Of a stretch of 64,000 nt of DNA, positions 1-9,661 are shown piece by piece (position 1 is the first letter of the stretch; every line of letters starts with the position of its first letter). The translations under genes were made by a program, and so were the position numbers. The stretch comes from Syntrophales bacterium (GTDB taxonomy: Bacteria > Desulfobacterota > Syntrophia > Syntrophales > PHBD01), in contig OY764159.1 in assembly GCA_963668175.1 (NCBI GenBank), positions 1-64,000 on the forward strand. The letters are read 5' to 3'. The notes under the pieces are model-generated. The model searched no databases and was not told where the DNA came from. It worked only from the letters and a program-made list of their open reading frames with translations.

Positions 1-306
1 CTTCACGGGATGGTCAAGAAATATTTGTTGAAAAAAGTGGCCGAGAAGTATTTTCCGAAAAAGTTTATATACCGCAATAAAATGGGGTTTTCATCCCCGA
101 TGGTCATTTGGCTTCGTAACGATCTTAAGAACTTCATGCTTCATCTTCTGAACAAAAGAGATATTGAAAGAACAGGCATCATCAATCCGGATACCGTCAA
201 CAAGTACGTCAACGAACACTTGGAAAGAAAGCATAACCACGACATGAAGTTGTGGTCTCTTATGATGTTCATGATCTGGCATAAGCTGTACATCGATAAG
301 AGTTAG
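1..306 (+). CDS. asnB: Asparagine synthase (glutamine-hydrolysing)-like amidotransferase, C-terminal fragment (5' truncated by window)
   Basis: KYLLKK..AEKYFP..FIYRNKMGF..P...WLR and the terminal KLWSLMMFMIWH are typical of AsnB C-termini; EPS locus context. Confidence 0.85.
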   Translation, partial: LHGMVKKYLLKKVAEKYFPKKFIYRNKMGFSSPMVIWLRNDLKNFMLHLLNKRDIERTGIINPDTVNKYVNEHLERKHNHDMKLWSLMMFMIWHKLYIDKS

Positions 307-508
307 TACAAAGAATCGCACTGAATCACTACATTTAATCTTCCTCACATAACGATAGGCGTGAATCTTGCATAATTTTTTAACTCAAATGACTCGTCTA
401 AACTTGTTACCATAATCGCGGAAAAGTGACCCATATCACAGAACGAAGACTGTTATTTGGTAAAATAAAGTCAAAAACTGGAGGAGCAAGGAAAGGAGAA
501 GGGATATT

Positions 509-1630
509 ATGAAGACGAGGATAATGGCGACAATATTTTTTTTCTGTCTCGTTTTATCTGTTTCGGTTGCAGGGGCGGCAACCCTGTCGACAGCAAGCGG
601 GACTTTTGCAGACGGACAGCAAATAACGATAACCGGGAGCGGCTTTGGGACAGCCCCCGCAAATGCGTCTTTCATCACTGGTGAGAACGGCACGGCGGGC
701 AGCGCATTTTCGGAAACTGGATGGACTTATAGCTCCGCCTCTGCTGGCGGAGCGGGCCCATGGTCTAGCCCAGTTTATAGTAATGCAAGGGCATTGAACG
801 GTACAAAATCTATTTTATGTTCCTTCCCAAGCGGGACCTATGGATGCACCTTTGACATCGGCTACTCGACGCCAATAACAAAGGCTTATGTTTCATTCTG
901 GGTTTATGGCGACTATAAAGCCTTCGCGACGACTTCATCAAACCATTTTCAGTGGAAAATGTTCCGCGTTAATCCGACGTTAAACGTATCTGACACTCCC
1001 GCAACTTTCATGATATCACAGTGGCCGGTGAGCGATGGTACTTGCTATCAAGCTTATCATGTAAATTATATTGATACAACTTACAATATTACACTTCCTG
1101 ATAATAATATCTGGAGATCATGCTTCCCCAAGGGTGAATGGATCAGGATGGAGATTTTCCTCCAAGAGTCGGACCTGAATACAGCGAACGGTACCGAGAT
1201 CGCCAAGTACTACAGCACGACAAAGAATGGTTGGACAACATGGAGCAATTACAACAAAAACATCATCACAAGGGGAACCTCGGACCGATGGCAATACATT
1301 CATTTCGGCCAATATATCGGGAATGATGCCACAGGAAAGAATGCGGACACCTATTGGGATAATGTTTATGTGCAGCAAGGAACATTTGCCAGGGTCGAAT
1401 TATGCGACAGCTCTTCATGGTCATCCTGCCAAAAGAGACAAGTCCAGAAGCCGGTTTCCTGGTCCGCCAGTTCAATCGTAATATCCGCAAACAGCGGCCC
1501 ATTTGCCACCGGAGAGACAGCGTATCTCTTTTTCATCGACGATGCTGGCAACGCAAGCAACGCCTTAACGGTAAAGATCGGCTCAGCTTCTACCACCAAA
1601 ACGCCAACCACTCTGAAGAGAAGATGGTAA
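509..1630 (+). CDS. Secreted hypothetical protein with IPT/TIG-like segments and a probable beta-jelly-roll (lectin/lyase-like) insert
   Basis: Signal peptide ending AGA|A; ITITGSGFG motif; aromatic Ser/Thr-rich core; AAGGAG/AAGGGA RBS upstream. Confidence 0.7.
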   Translation: MKTRIMATIFFFCLVLSVSVAGAATLSTASGTFADGQQITITGSGFGTAPANASFITGENGTAGSAFSETGWTYSSASAGGAGPWSSPVYSNARALNGTKSILCSFPSGTYGCTFDIGYSTPITKAYVSFWVYGDYKAFATTSSNHFQWKMFRVNPTLNVSDTPATFMISQWPVSDGTCYQAYHVNYIDTTYNITLPDNNIWRSCFPKGEWIRMEIFLQESDLNTANGTEIAKYYSTTKNGWTTWSNYNKNIITRGTSDRWQYIHFGQYIGNDATGKNADTYWDNVYVQQGTFARVELCDSSSWSSCQKRQVQKPVSWSASSIVISANSGPFATGETAYLFFIDDAGNASNALTVKIGSASTTKTPTTLKRRW

Positions 1631-1691
1631 CGGCGCATGAAAATGAGGAACCAAAGACCATAATTTCGCGATAAACAGAACCCGATCGATC

Positions 1692-1725
1692 GAATCAGCC
1701 CCTTTCTCAGCGAAGGGGCTGATTC
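1692..1725. terminator. 13-bp stem-loop after the secreted protein gene (terminator or stabiliser)
   Basis: GAATCAGCCCCTT-N8-AAGGGGCTGATTC; no clear U-tract. Confidence 0.5.
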
Positions 1726-1800
1726 CCTGCGAATCAATCCTTCTTTGCACATAGTCAACCACATAAGCATTCTTCCAATTTCCTAATTTTAGAACGACTC

Positions 1801-2934
1801 TTGATCGTCCCTTCTCATATCATCGACAGCGGCGGCCTATATGGCGCGGAAAAGGTTATTCTTAACCTTTTGGAAGAGCAGCAAAGACGGCATTCCCATC
1901 CAAAACTTATCAGCATCGGCGACGATGGCGTTCCGGAAAAAGCGATCGAAACGGAAAGCAGAAAAAAGAATATAGATGTTATAGCTCTACGCTTCAAGAA
2001 CGGTTTCAATATCCATGGCACCAGGCAAATTTTATCCACCCTGGAAGCAACTAAATCCGATATCATTCACTCGCACGGATATAAGGGCGATATCCTATTG
2101 GGGTTTTATCCACGGCATTTGCGAAAAATTCCCATGTTGAGCACACTCCACGGGTGGACATCGACCCGATTGTTCAGCAAAATGAGAATCTATGAATTTG
2201 TTGCTGCCTTGTCGCTGACAAGAATTGACCGTGTTGTCGTCGTATCAAGAATAATGCAGGATCACCCGCGGCTAAGAATGTTTGGCATCAAGGCCGCCTA
2301 TATTCCCAACGGTATTCCGGCACTCGATTTCGACAAACGTTATTTTCCGACATTGCATACGGAACTTACGGATACCATTAAAAATAAATTTAAGATATTG
2401 GCTGTAGGCAGGTTATCCCCCGAGAAAGGATTCGAAGTGCTTATTCAGGCCTTACCCAGGCTGAATTCCAGAGGCATTGATTGCTGCCTTGTTATCGTAG
2501 GAGAAGGAGATGAGAAATATCGTCTTACTCAAATCGCCGTAGAGGAGGGTGTTGCCGATCGTGTGCATATGATCGGCTATGTCCCTGATGCCTACAAAAT
2601 GATGCCTTCTTTCGATGTCTTCGCCCTGCCTTCCTATACGGAAGGACTACCCATCACGGTACTGGAAGCCATGCAGGCAGGAGTGCCTATCGTAGCAACA
2701 ACCGTTGGGGAAGTTCCGGAAGTATTGGCCCATGGTGGTTGCGGATACTTAATACCTCCGGGAAATTCAGCGGCATTAAGCGAAGCACTCGAAATAATTT
2801 ATAGGAACCGGGAAGATGCCCATGAGAAGGCGAATGCTGCAAAGCAACGGGTCCATTCCGAATACAGCGTCGAACGGATGACTGATAAATATATGCATGA
2901 ATACGAACGCTTATTAAAAGCGGAACGTCGATAG
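1801..2934 (+). CDS. Glycosyltransferase family 4 (GT-B)
   Basis: HIIDSGGLYGAE, VGRLSPEKG, PSYTEGLPITVLEAM motifs; TTG start. Confidence 0.9.
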   Translation: MIVPSHIIDSGGLYGAEKVILNLLEEQQRRHSHPKLISIGDDGVPEKAIETESRKKNIDVIALRFKNGFNIHGTRQILSTLEATKSDIIHSHGYKGDILLGFYPRHLRKIPMLSTLHGWTSTRLFSKMRIYEFVAALSLTRIDRVVVVSRIMQDHPRLRMFGIKAAYIPNGIPALDFDKRYFPTLHTELTDTIKNKFKILAVGRLSPEKGFEVLIQALPRLNSRGIDCCLVIVGEGDEKYRLTQIAVEEGVADRVHMIGYVPDAYKMMPSFDVFALPSYTEGLPITVLEAMQAGVPIVATTVGEVPEVLAHGGCGYLIPPGNSAALSEALEIIYRNREDAHEKANAAKQRVHSEYSVERMTDKYMHEYERLLKAERR

Positions 2935-2982
2935 ACCTTGCTCCCAACCATTCATATCATTTCTTCATAACTTAACACACGC

Positions 2983-5100
2983 ATGACGATATACATCATC
3001 TTGTCCGGCCTGGCAGCCGTAACCACGGTGGGGCTGGCAATCTATGTCCTGCTCCGGCAATTCGAGAATTTTGCCGGCCGCGTCCTTTTCCTTGGTCTGA
3101 GTCTCCTGGGACTGGAGGCAATCATCACGGGATTCTTATTCACTGCCGGCTCGCTAGAAAGATTCAACTTTCTCCTTCATCTGAAATTTGTCGTAGCTTC
3201 CTTTCTGCCGATTTTGTGGCTTTTGTTCAGCATATCTTTCGCCCGCACCAATTTTGAGGAGTTTGTTTACAAGTGGCGCTTAGTACTGTCGCTCACATTC
3301 ATCATCCCCTTTGCGACAGCCATCTTTTTAGGCGGCTATTTTTTCCGAATGTCCATCGCTCCGGAGCAATCGCATGTCATTCTCATCAGTCTGAATTGGG
3401 CTGGCTATATCTGGTATCTGAATTGGCTCATCTGCGCCGTATTAATCATGATGAATCTGGAAAGAACAATACGCCACGTCACGGGCCATATGCAATGGCA
3501 GATAAAATTCATGGTCCTGGGTATTGCCAGCATCTTCGCTATTCGCATCTATACTTACAGCCAGGTGATGATCTTTCAGCGAATCGACATCGGCTATGAG
3601 TCCGTCAATATGGGAATTCTCCTGGTAGCCGACCTGCTGGTCGCCCGGTCGCTATTCAGAGGAAAGCTGCTGAATGTTCAGGTTTATCTCTCCCAGACGT
3701 TTCTTTATCAGTCTTTTACCCTTGTCTTGACAGGTGTCTACTTTATCGGTGCGGGCTTCCTCGCCTGGTTGACGCTTGAGTTCGGAGGCAACCAGAATTT
3801 ACAGCTTGCGACCTTCCTGGTATTTGTTGCCCTGGTGGGTTACGCGGCCCTCATGATGTCCGGCCGTTTAAGGGTCGAAAGAAAACGGTTCATCACCCGC
3901 CACTTCAAAGCGCCCAAATACGATTACCGGGCGATATGGGAGCAATTTACGGCGGGGACGGTATCCCTGGCAACGATCGGAGAATTGTCCGATTTCATCG
4001 TAAAGGTCACCTCGGAGACATTGGAAACGCCGTCTGTAAGCATTTGGGTGGCCGAGGAACAAGATCGTCTCATTCTGGGTGGTTCCACCATACTCACTCC
4101 AAGCGGAACGGTCAAGACGACTTTGTTCGATGACGGAGGAATGCGCTTCCTTCAAGCCATGGCAGGTCAAACCCTCCCTGTCGATCTGGACAGGGCGGAG
4201 GATGATTGGATTGAAGATTTGAAAAAATCCTATGTCGATGCCTTTAAGGAAGGAGAAATCAGGTTCTGTGTTCCATTGATCGCCGCAGGCAACTTGATCG
4301 GGATCATGACCATTGGCAATAAAGTTTCCCGGGAACCGCTCTCATTTGAGGACAGCGAATTGGTCAAAGCAATAGCCGATCAAACCGCCGCCAGTATCCT
4401 GAACAGGCAGCTATTGCGAAAGCTTCGCAAAGCCCAGGAGTTGGAGGCATTCCAGACCATGTCGGCCTTTTTCATGCACGATCTCAAGAACCTGGCTTCA
4501 AAACTTTCCCTGGTTACTGAAAACCTGCCCATTCATATCGATAACCCGGAATTTCGCAAGGATGCGATACGAACGATTTCAGAAAGTGTATCCAAAATCA
4601 ACGGCATGTGCAGCCGATTGTCTCTATTAAGCAGGAAAATGGAACTCGAATTAGACGAGACGGACATGAATGCCTTGCTGGAATCCATCATTTCTAAACA
4701 GACGGCTACGATGAAATTCCCAATCGTTTGCAATTACGGGAAGATACCCCCTATTTACCTTGATCGGGAACAATTTTCGAAAGTCTTGGAAAACCTGCTG
4801 ATAAATGCCCAGGATGCCGTCGAAAAGGATGGTGGTATCCAGTTGAAGACATCCTGTGACAGTCATTGGGCGGAACTGACCGTAACCGACAACGGTTGCG
4901 GTATGTCGAAAGAGTTTGTAGACAAAAAGCTCTTTCAACCTTTTCAGACAACAAAAAAACAAGGTATGGGTATCGGTCTCTTCCACTGTAAGACAATCGT
5001 CGAGGCCCACGGCGGGCGGATTGAAGTCGAAAGCGAACCGGGAAAAGGAAGTGTATTTAAAGTGAAATTGCCGCTGATGAAGAACGATAGTCATCCATGA
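2983..5100 (+). CDS. prsK: PEP-CTERM system membrane histidine kinase
   Basis: Multi-TM N-terminus, HF..PKYDYR motif, GAF, SAFFMHDLKN H-box, GMGIGLF G-box; next to prsR and a PEP-CTERM gene. Confidence 0.9.
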   Translation: MTIYIILSGLAAVTTVGLAIYVLLRQFENFAGRVLFLGLSLLGLEAIITGFLFTAGSLERFNFLLHLKFVVASFLPILWLLFSISFARTNFEEFVYKWRLVLSLTFIIPFATAIFLGGYFFRMSIAPEQSHVILISLNWAGYIWYLNWLICAVLIMMNLERTIRHVTGHMQWQIKFMVLGIASIFAIRIYTYSQVMIFQRIDIGYESVNMGILLVADLLVARSLFRGKLLNVQVYLSQTFLYQSFTLVLTGVYFIGAGFLAWLTLEFGGNQNLQLATFLVFVALVGYAALMMSGRLRVERKRFITRHFKAPKYDYRAIWEQFTAGTVSLATIGELSDFIVKVTSETLETPSVSIWVAEEQDRLILGGSTILTPSGTVKTTLFDDGGMRFLQAMAGQTLPVDLDRAEDDWIEDLKKSYVDAFKEGEIRFCVPLIAAGNLIGIMTIGNKVSREPLSFEDSELVKAIADQTAASILNRQLLRKLRKAQELEAFQTMSAFFMHDLKNLASKLSLVTENLPIHIDNPEFRKDAIRTISESVSKINGMCSRLSLLSRKMELELDETDMNALLESIISKQTATMKFPIVCNYGKIPPIYLDREQFSKVLENLLINAQDAVEKDGGIQLKTSCDSHWAELTVTDNGCGMSKEFVDKKLFQPFQTTKKQGMGIGLFHCKTIVEAHGGRIEVESEPGKGSVFKVKLPLMKNDSHP

Positions 5101-5201
5101 TTATCTTTCCAGTTGCGTATTGATACGTGATGGATTACTTTCTTGACAACAGGTAACCAATATCTTACTTATATGGTGATAATGCTAGGTGATGGAATTA
5201 T

Positions 5202-6569
5202 ATGGATAAACCGAAATTGCTCATTGTAGAGGACGACGAGGACCTCCGCACCCAGATGAAATGGGCCCTGGCGGGGGAATACGAGGTCTTTCCGGCCGGC
5301 TCCAGGAAAGAGGCAGTGGAGGTCATGCAATCGCAGAGACCGCCGGTTGTCACGTTGGATCTTGGCCTGCCGCCTTATCCCGCCGGAGTGGAAGAAGGAT
5401 TTGCCGCGCTGGGTGATATCGTATCCCTTGACCCATTCGTGAAAATCATCGTCATAACCGGCCGTGGTGAAAAAGAGAATGCCTTGGAGGCGGTGGGACA
5501 AGGGGCATATGATTTTCTTCAAAAACCCGTCGACATCAACGATCTCAAAGTTGTCCTGAAACGAGCCTTCTATTTATCGTCCATCGAGAAAGAGCGTGCG
5601 GAATTGCAGCACCAGTTGGGAGAGGGATCTTTCGAAGGCATCCTGGGCACCAGTCAGAAAATGAAGGATATTTTTTCGACCGTCCGGAAAGTGGCAACAA
5701 CCGATGCGTCCGTTTTGATTCACGGTGAAAGCGGCACCGGCAAGGAACTGATTGCGAGGGCCATCCACCACCTGAGCCGCCGTAAAGACGGACCATGGAT
5801 CGTCATCAACTGTGGGGCGATTCCTGAGAATTTACTCGAGAGCGAGCTGTTCGGCCATGAAAAAGGATCGTTTACAGGCGCGCATGCTCAGCGGAAAGGC
5901 CGAATTGAACTCGCTCAAGGCGGCACTCTTTTCCTCGACGAGATCGGCGAACTACCCTTAAAATTACAGGTTAAGCTACTGCGTTTTCTTCAGGACCAGT
6001 TTGTTGAACACGTTGGAGGCCGTGAGCCCATTCAGATTGATACACGTGTCATTGCAGCCACGAACAGAGATCTTCGCGACGCAATGAGGGAAAATCTTTT
6101 CCGTGAAGATCTTTATTTCCGATTGGCGGTCGTTGTCCTTTCTGTACCCCCGTTGCGGGAAAGAGAAGACGATGTCATGCTTATTGCCAAGGCTTTTCTT
6201 AATCGTTATGCCGAGATGAATAACAAGAAGCTGTCAGGCTTCACTAATGATGCCCACAAGGCGATTGTTACATATAATTGGCCGGGAAACGTGCGGGAAT
6301 TGGAAAACAGGATTAAACGGGCAGTCATCATGTCGGAGGGCAGAAAAGTCTCCGCGGCCGACCTTGAAATGGTCACAACGGAGACCAATGTTGAAGGTGA
6401 AGGTTTGAAGGGTGCGCGGGAGAAGCTGGAAAAGGATCTGATTCAGAAGGCCCTGGCTCGCAATAAGGGCAATGTCTCCAAAGCAGCCGCCGAACTCGGC
6501 ATAAGCCGCCCGACCCTCTATAGTTTGATGGAAAGGACGGGTATCATACCAGAAGGTGGCGCCAAGTAA
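5202..6569 (+). CDS. prsR: PEP-CTERM system sigma54-dependent response regulator
   Basis: Receiver with VVTLDLGLPP, GESGTGKE, GSFTGA, WPGNVRELEN, HTH GISRPTLYSLM. Confidence 0.92.
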   Translation: MDKPKLLIVEDDEDLRTQMKWALAGEYEVFPAGSRKEAVEVMQSQRPPVVTLDLGLPPYPAGVEEGFAALGDIVSLDPFVKIIVITGRGEKENALEAVGQGAYDFLQKPVDINDLKVVLKRAFYLSSIEKERAELQHQLGEGSFEGILGTSQKMKDIFSTVRKVATTDASVLIHGESGTGKELIARAIHHLSRRKDGPWIVINCGAIPENLLESELFGHEKGSFTGAHAQRKGRIELAQGGTLFLDEIGELPLKLQVKLLRFLQDQFVEHVGGREPIQIDTRVIAATNRDLRDAMRENLFREDLYFRLAVVVLSVPPLREREDDVMLIAKAFLNRYAEMNNKKLSGFTNDAHKAIVTYNWPGNVRELENRIKRAVIMSEGRKVSAADLEMVTTETNVEGEGLKGAREKLEKDLIQKALARNKGNVSKAAAELGISRPTLYSLMERTGIIPEGGAK

Positions 6570-6640
6570 CGAGAGGGCTTTTTCATTATAGATCCCCTTA
6601 CGATAAACTCAGACTAAACCGGTTACATGTGTCTCATGAC

Positions 6641-6680
6641 GAGCGCCCTTCCTTCTTTCTCCCAAGGATGGGCGCTTTTT
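6641..6680 (+). terminator. Intrinsic terminator after prsR
   Basis: GAGCGCCCTTCCTT...AAGGATGGGCGCTT stem followed by T-tract. Confidence 0.65.
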
Positions 6681-6786
6681 CGATTTCCCTGTTGCAATCC
6701 CGGTACCGCCAATTGAAAACAAAATACCCAATGATAATATTCACTTTTACAGGAATATTTTTTCGTCTTTCTTGTGTTTTACAGCC

Positions 6787-6803
6787 TGTCGGGAATCTTT
6801 ACA
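6787..6803 (+). promoter_or_regulatory. Enhancer box TGT-N11-ACA (probable PrsR site), distal
   Basis: TGTCGGGAATCTTTACA; near-identical second copy at 6877. Confidence 0.7.
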
Positions 6804-6876
6804 ACTATTGCATCCAGAGTTTATTCATATAAAATCAAAACCTTACAACATACGACACGGCCTTTGGACCATTTTT

Positions 6877-6893
6877 TGTCGGGTTATTTAACA
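6877..6893 (+). promoter_or_regulatory. Enhancer box TGT-N11-ACA (probable PrsR site), proximal
   Basis: TGTCGGGTTATTTAACA, 120 bp before the sigma54 element. Confidence 0.7.
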
Positions 6894-7013
6894 AAGAAGG
6901 CTTGACAATAATGTGGACTACTTCTCCCCTGTCGACGAACCAGCCAGTTTTGATTTCGATATTGTCTTGTTATTTACGATATTTAAACAATTTTTCCACA
7001 GTTATTATCCCTC

Positions 7014-7029
7014 TGGCACATTCTTTGAT
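7014..7029 (+). promoter_or_regulatory. Sigma54 -24/-12 promoter of the PEP-CTERM gene
   Basis: TGGCACATTCTTTGAT versus consensus TGGCAC-N5-TTGCW (-12 C replaced by A). Confidence 0.65.
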
Positions 7030-7104
7030 ATATTCACTGTGAAAATAATTGTGCGCGTTAATTGAGCAATAATATAAGTATAATATATCAGTGGAGGGAA
7101 TAAC

Positions 7105-7791
7105 ATGAAGAGATTAATTCAGATATTAGCGGCGATTTGCTCGATACTCTTTATAACGAGTATCGCAGCAGCGAAAACGTATGAGTATGGCGATATCTAT
7201 AACGAGTGGCCGGGGCATGCAACACAATTTTCAAACATCGACCTCCTTGGCCATACACCTTCAGTCACTGGTGCGAAGATCGAAACTTATGCGGATGGGA
7301 ATTTGAAATCAGTCACCATCTATGTTGATTCAGTTACAAGCAATCGCCTTTTCATTAACACAAATTGGACATCGGGTGAAAGTTACGAGCAATGGAATTT
7401 CTATGCTATCGGATTAGGACTTGCCGGCTGGACTAATCTTTATCAGATAAACAACGGTTATGCTTATACGTACGCAAACGTTGGCGATGTACGTATAGGT
7501 CACCCGAACGGCATCGTCTTGACTGACGCGAATGGCAAGTTATTGAGTGGAATATCGGATGTTACAACCGCCCTTCTCTTATCTGCTGTTTGGGACAGTG
7601 CGAACGGTGGTGAGATGATCTATTTATTCGCTGACAATGATCTTCTGAAGTTGGGTGACAGTTTTGTGATCGGTTATTCGTCCGACTGCGCCAACGACGT
7701 CTTCCTGACCCCTGTTCCCGAACCTGCCACTATGTTGCTGCTTGGTTTGGGTCTGGTCGGTGCTGCTGCTATTCGGCGTAAAATGAAGTAA
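7105..7791 (+). CDS. PEP-CTERM sorting domain-containing surface protein
   Basis: Signal peptide; C-terminal VPEPATMLLLGLGLVGAAAIRRKMK; GGAGGG RBS. Confidence 0.95.
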   Translation: MKRLIQILAAICSILFITSIAAAKTYEYGDIYNEWPGHATQFSNIDLLGHTPSVTGAKIETYADGNLKSVTIYVDSVTSNRLFINTNWTSGESYEQWNFYAIGLGLAGWTNLYQINNGYAYTYANVGDVRIGHPNGIVLTDANGKLLSGISDVTTALLLSAVWDSANGGEMIYLFADNDLLKLGDSFVIGYSSDCANDVFLTPVPEPATMLLLGLGLVGAAAIRRKMK

Positions 7792-7813
7792 CAAATTTCA
7801 TCTTTCTGATTTG

Positions 7814-7845
7814 AAAAGGCAGAGTGAATTCACTCTGCCTTTTTT
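7814..7845 (+). terminator. Intrinsic terminator (perfect 30-bp palindrome, potentially bidirectional)
   Basis: AAAAGGCAGAGTGAATTCACTCTGCCTTTT plus extra Ts. Confidence 0.85.
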
Positions 7846-8022
7846 ATTGACATTTTTTGTCTAACGAGGCATTATCTTTATAATAATATTGACAAAGGGT
7901 AGAAGTGCCCGGAATCGATAAAGTATTCAGATCACGCATGCTCCCCAATCAAAGGAAATGGTTTTTAATAATCGGGGTTTTGGTTTATCTCTGTTTTAAC
8001 GAAACGACTTCTGGAATCTGAA

Positions 8023-9606
8023 ATGCCCGAATACACTAAATATTATGGATTATCGGCAGTTCCTTTCGAAGATTCGCCTGACCCCAGGTTTTTCTTCTCC
8101 TCAGAGACCCATGCCGAAGCGCTGGCATCCCTTACTTACGGAATAAATCAAAGAAAAGGCTTCATTCTCATCCTGGGAGATGAGGGCGTCGGCAAGACAG
8201 CCTCCGTTCAGCACATGATAAACACGCTCGATGACAAGGTGAAAGCCGTATACATCGACCAGGGGCATACATCTTTCGAACATATGTTGAAGGATCTCCT
8301 CGGTAAACTGGGATTGACTTCGAAAAGACAAACGAAAGGTATGATGTTCCATGAACTATACGATTTTTTGATACAATGCCTGGAAAGAAACGAGAATGTC
8401 GTTGTCTTCATTGATGATGCCCATAAGGTGAGTCTCGAAACAGTAGAAGAATTGCGTCTCATGTCCAATCTCGAAACGAGCAAATCAAAACTTCTGCAGA
8501 TTGTGCTTTTGGGGCGCCTTGAGCTCAACGAGAAACTCAGTTCCGAGCTCATAAGACAAATCAAGCAGCGAATAGTCATCCGTAATTCCATTCGCCCCTT
8601 GACGGCGGCCGAATCCCTGCAATACATCGATCATCGGTTAAGAACAGCGGGAAGGAGCAGCCAGGCGGTCTTTCATCAAGATGCCCTTTCCTTGATCGGT
8701 AAATATTCGGAAGGTATTCCCCGGATCATCAATAGGCTTTGCCATAATGCCATGGCCGCAGGTTGTCGCCGGGGCGAGAAAATGATCTCCGGGAAAACCG
8801 TTAAAAAGATCCGCCATATAAATGATCTTCTCACCGACGAGCAGGCACGGCAATTCAAGTCTGCAACAGCTTTCGTTTTTCCGGTGAAATATATTTTTAT
8901 ATGCCTATCTGTAATTATCATCGGCGGGGCATTGTTCTTCTTTCGGGATCATATAGCCGGCATTTTCGGGGGACTTCATAAGACCAACTCTACGACGGAA
9001 AGTTCAGCGGCCAACAAAAGTGCCAAAGCAAATACAACCAGAGGAGATACGGCCGTTACCGATTCGAACCCCAAGAACGTCTCAGATATAAACGAAAGCA
9101 AGACTCAAGCGGCCGCATCTCGCATGGCCACGACATGTGACGTCATGCCTGAACACCCTATAAAGAAAGTCATCATGGTGAAACGCGGTTTAAGTCTTTC
9201 TTTGCTGGCTCTCCAATATTACAACGAAGCGAATATCATGCTCATCGACTATATCCTGGAGCTCAATCCTGAAATCAACGATCTTAATTTGATCCTGGTT
9301 AACCAGAAGATTAGACTCCCGGACATTTCGGGGGTTCAATTCCTCATACAAGCATCGAACAATCTCTGTAAGGTACACTTGGAAACCTTCGCCAATCCCA
9401 GTGAAGCGCTTCAATACAAGCGTCAAGTGGCTATAAAGGGAAGGAATATAGAGATAGTCCCCAGGAAAGTGTCTCCGCGGGACACGTGGTACAGGGTCCT
9501 TGCCGGACCATTCCCCAATAAAGAAAATGCGATACAATTAATAGCTGAATTGAACAAGAGCGGGCTTGCGCCCTCTTTGCAGAGACTCAGCTATTCAGGT
9601 CGATAA
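8023..9606 (+). CDS. ExeA/GspA-family AAA ATPase with TM helix, LysM-like and SPOR-like C-terminal regions
   Basis: YYGL..PF..SPDPRFFF, Walker A GDEGVGKT, Walker B FIDDAH, EGIPRIIN; LNPEINDLNLILVNQKIRLP; WYRVLAGPF. Confidence 0.85.
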   Translation: MPEYTKYYGLSAVPFEDSPDPRFFFSSETHAEALASLTYGINQRKGFILILGDEGVGKTASVQHMINTLDDKVKAVYIDQGHTSFEHMLKDLLGKLGLTSKRQTKGMMFHELYDFLIQCLERNENVVVFIDDAHKVSLETVEELRLMSNLETSKSKLLQIVLLGRLELNEKLSSELIRQIKQRIVIRNSIRPLTAAESLQYIDHRLRTAGRSSQAVFHQDALSLIGKYSEGIPRIINRLCHNAMAAGCRRGEKMISGKTVKKIRHINDLLTDEQARQFKSATAFVFPVKYIFICLSVIIIGGALFFFRDHIAGIFGGLHKTNSTTESSAANKSAKANTTRGDTAVTDSNPKNVSDINESKTQAAASRMATTCDVMPEHPIKKVIMVKRGLSLSLLALQYYNEANIMLIDYILELNPEINDLNLILVNQKIRLPDISGVQFLIQASNNLCKVHLETFANPSEALQYKRQVAIKGRNIEIVPRKVSPRDTWYRVLAGPFPNKENAIQLIAELNKSGLAPSLQRLSYSGR

Positions 9607-9661
9607 ACAACATTCATCCCGGTACCGGTAAGTGAGGGATGCCACAGAAAGGAAATGAATT

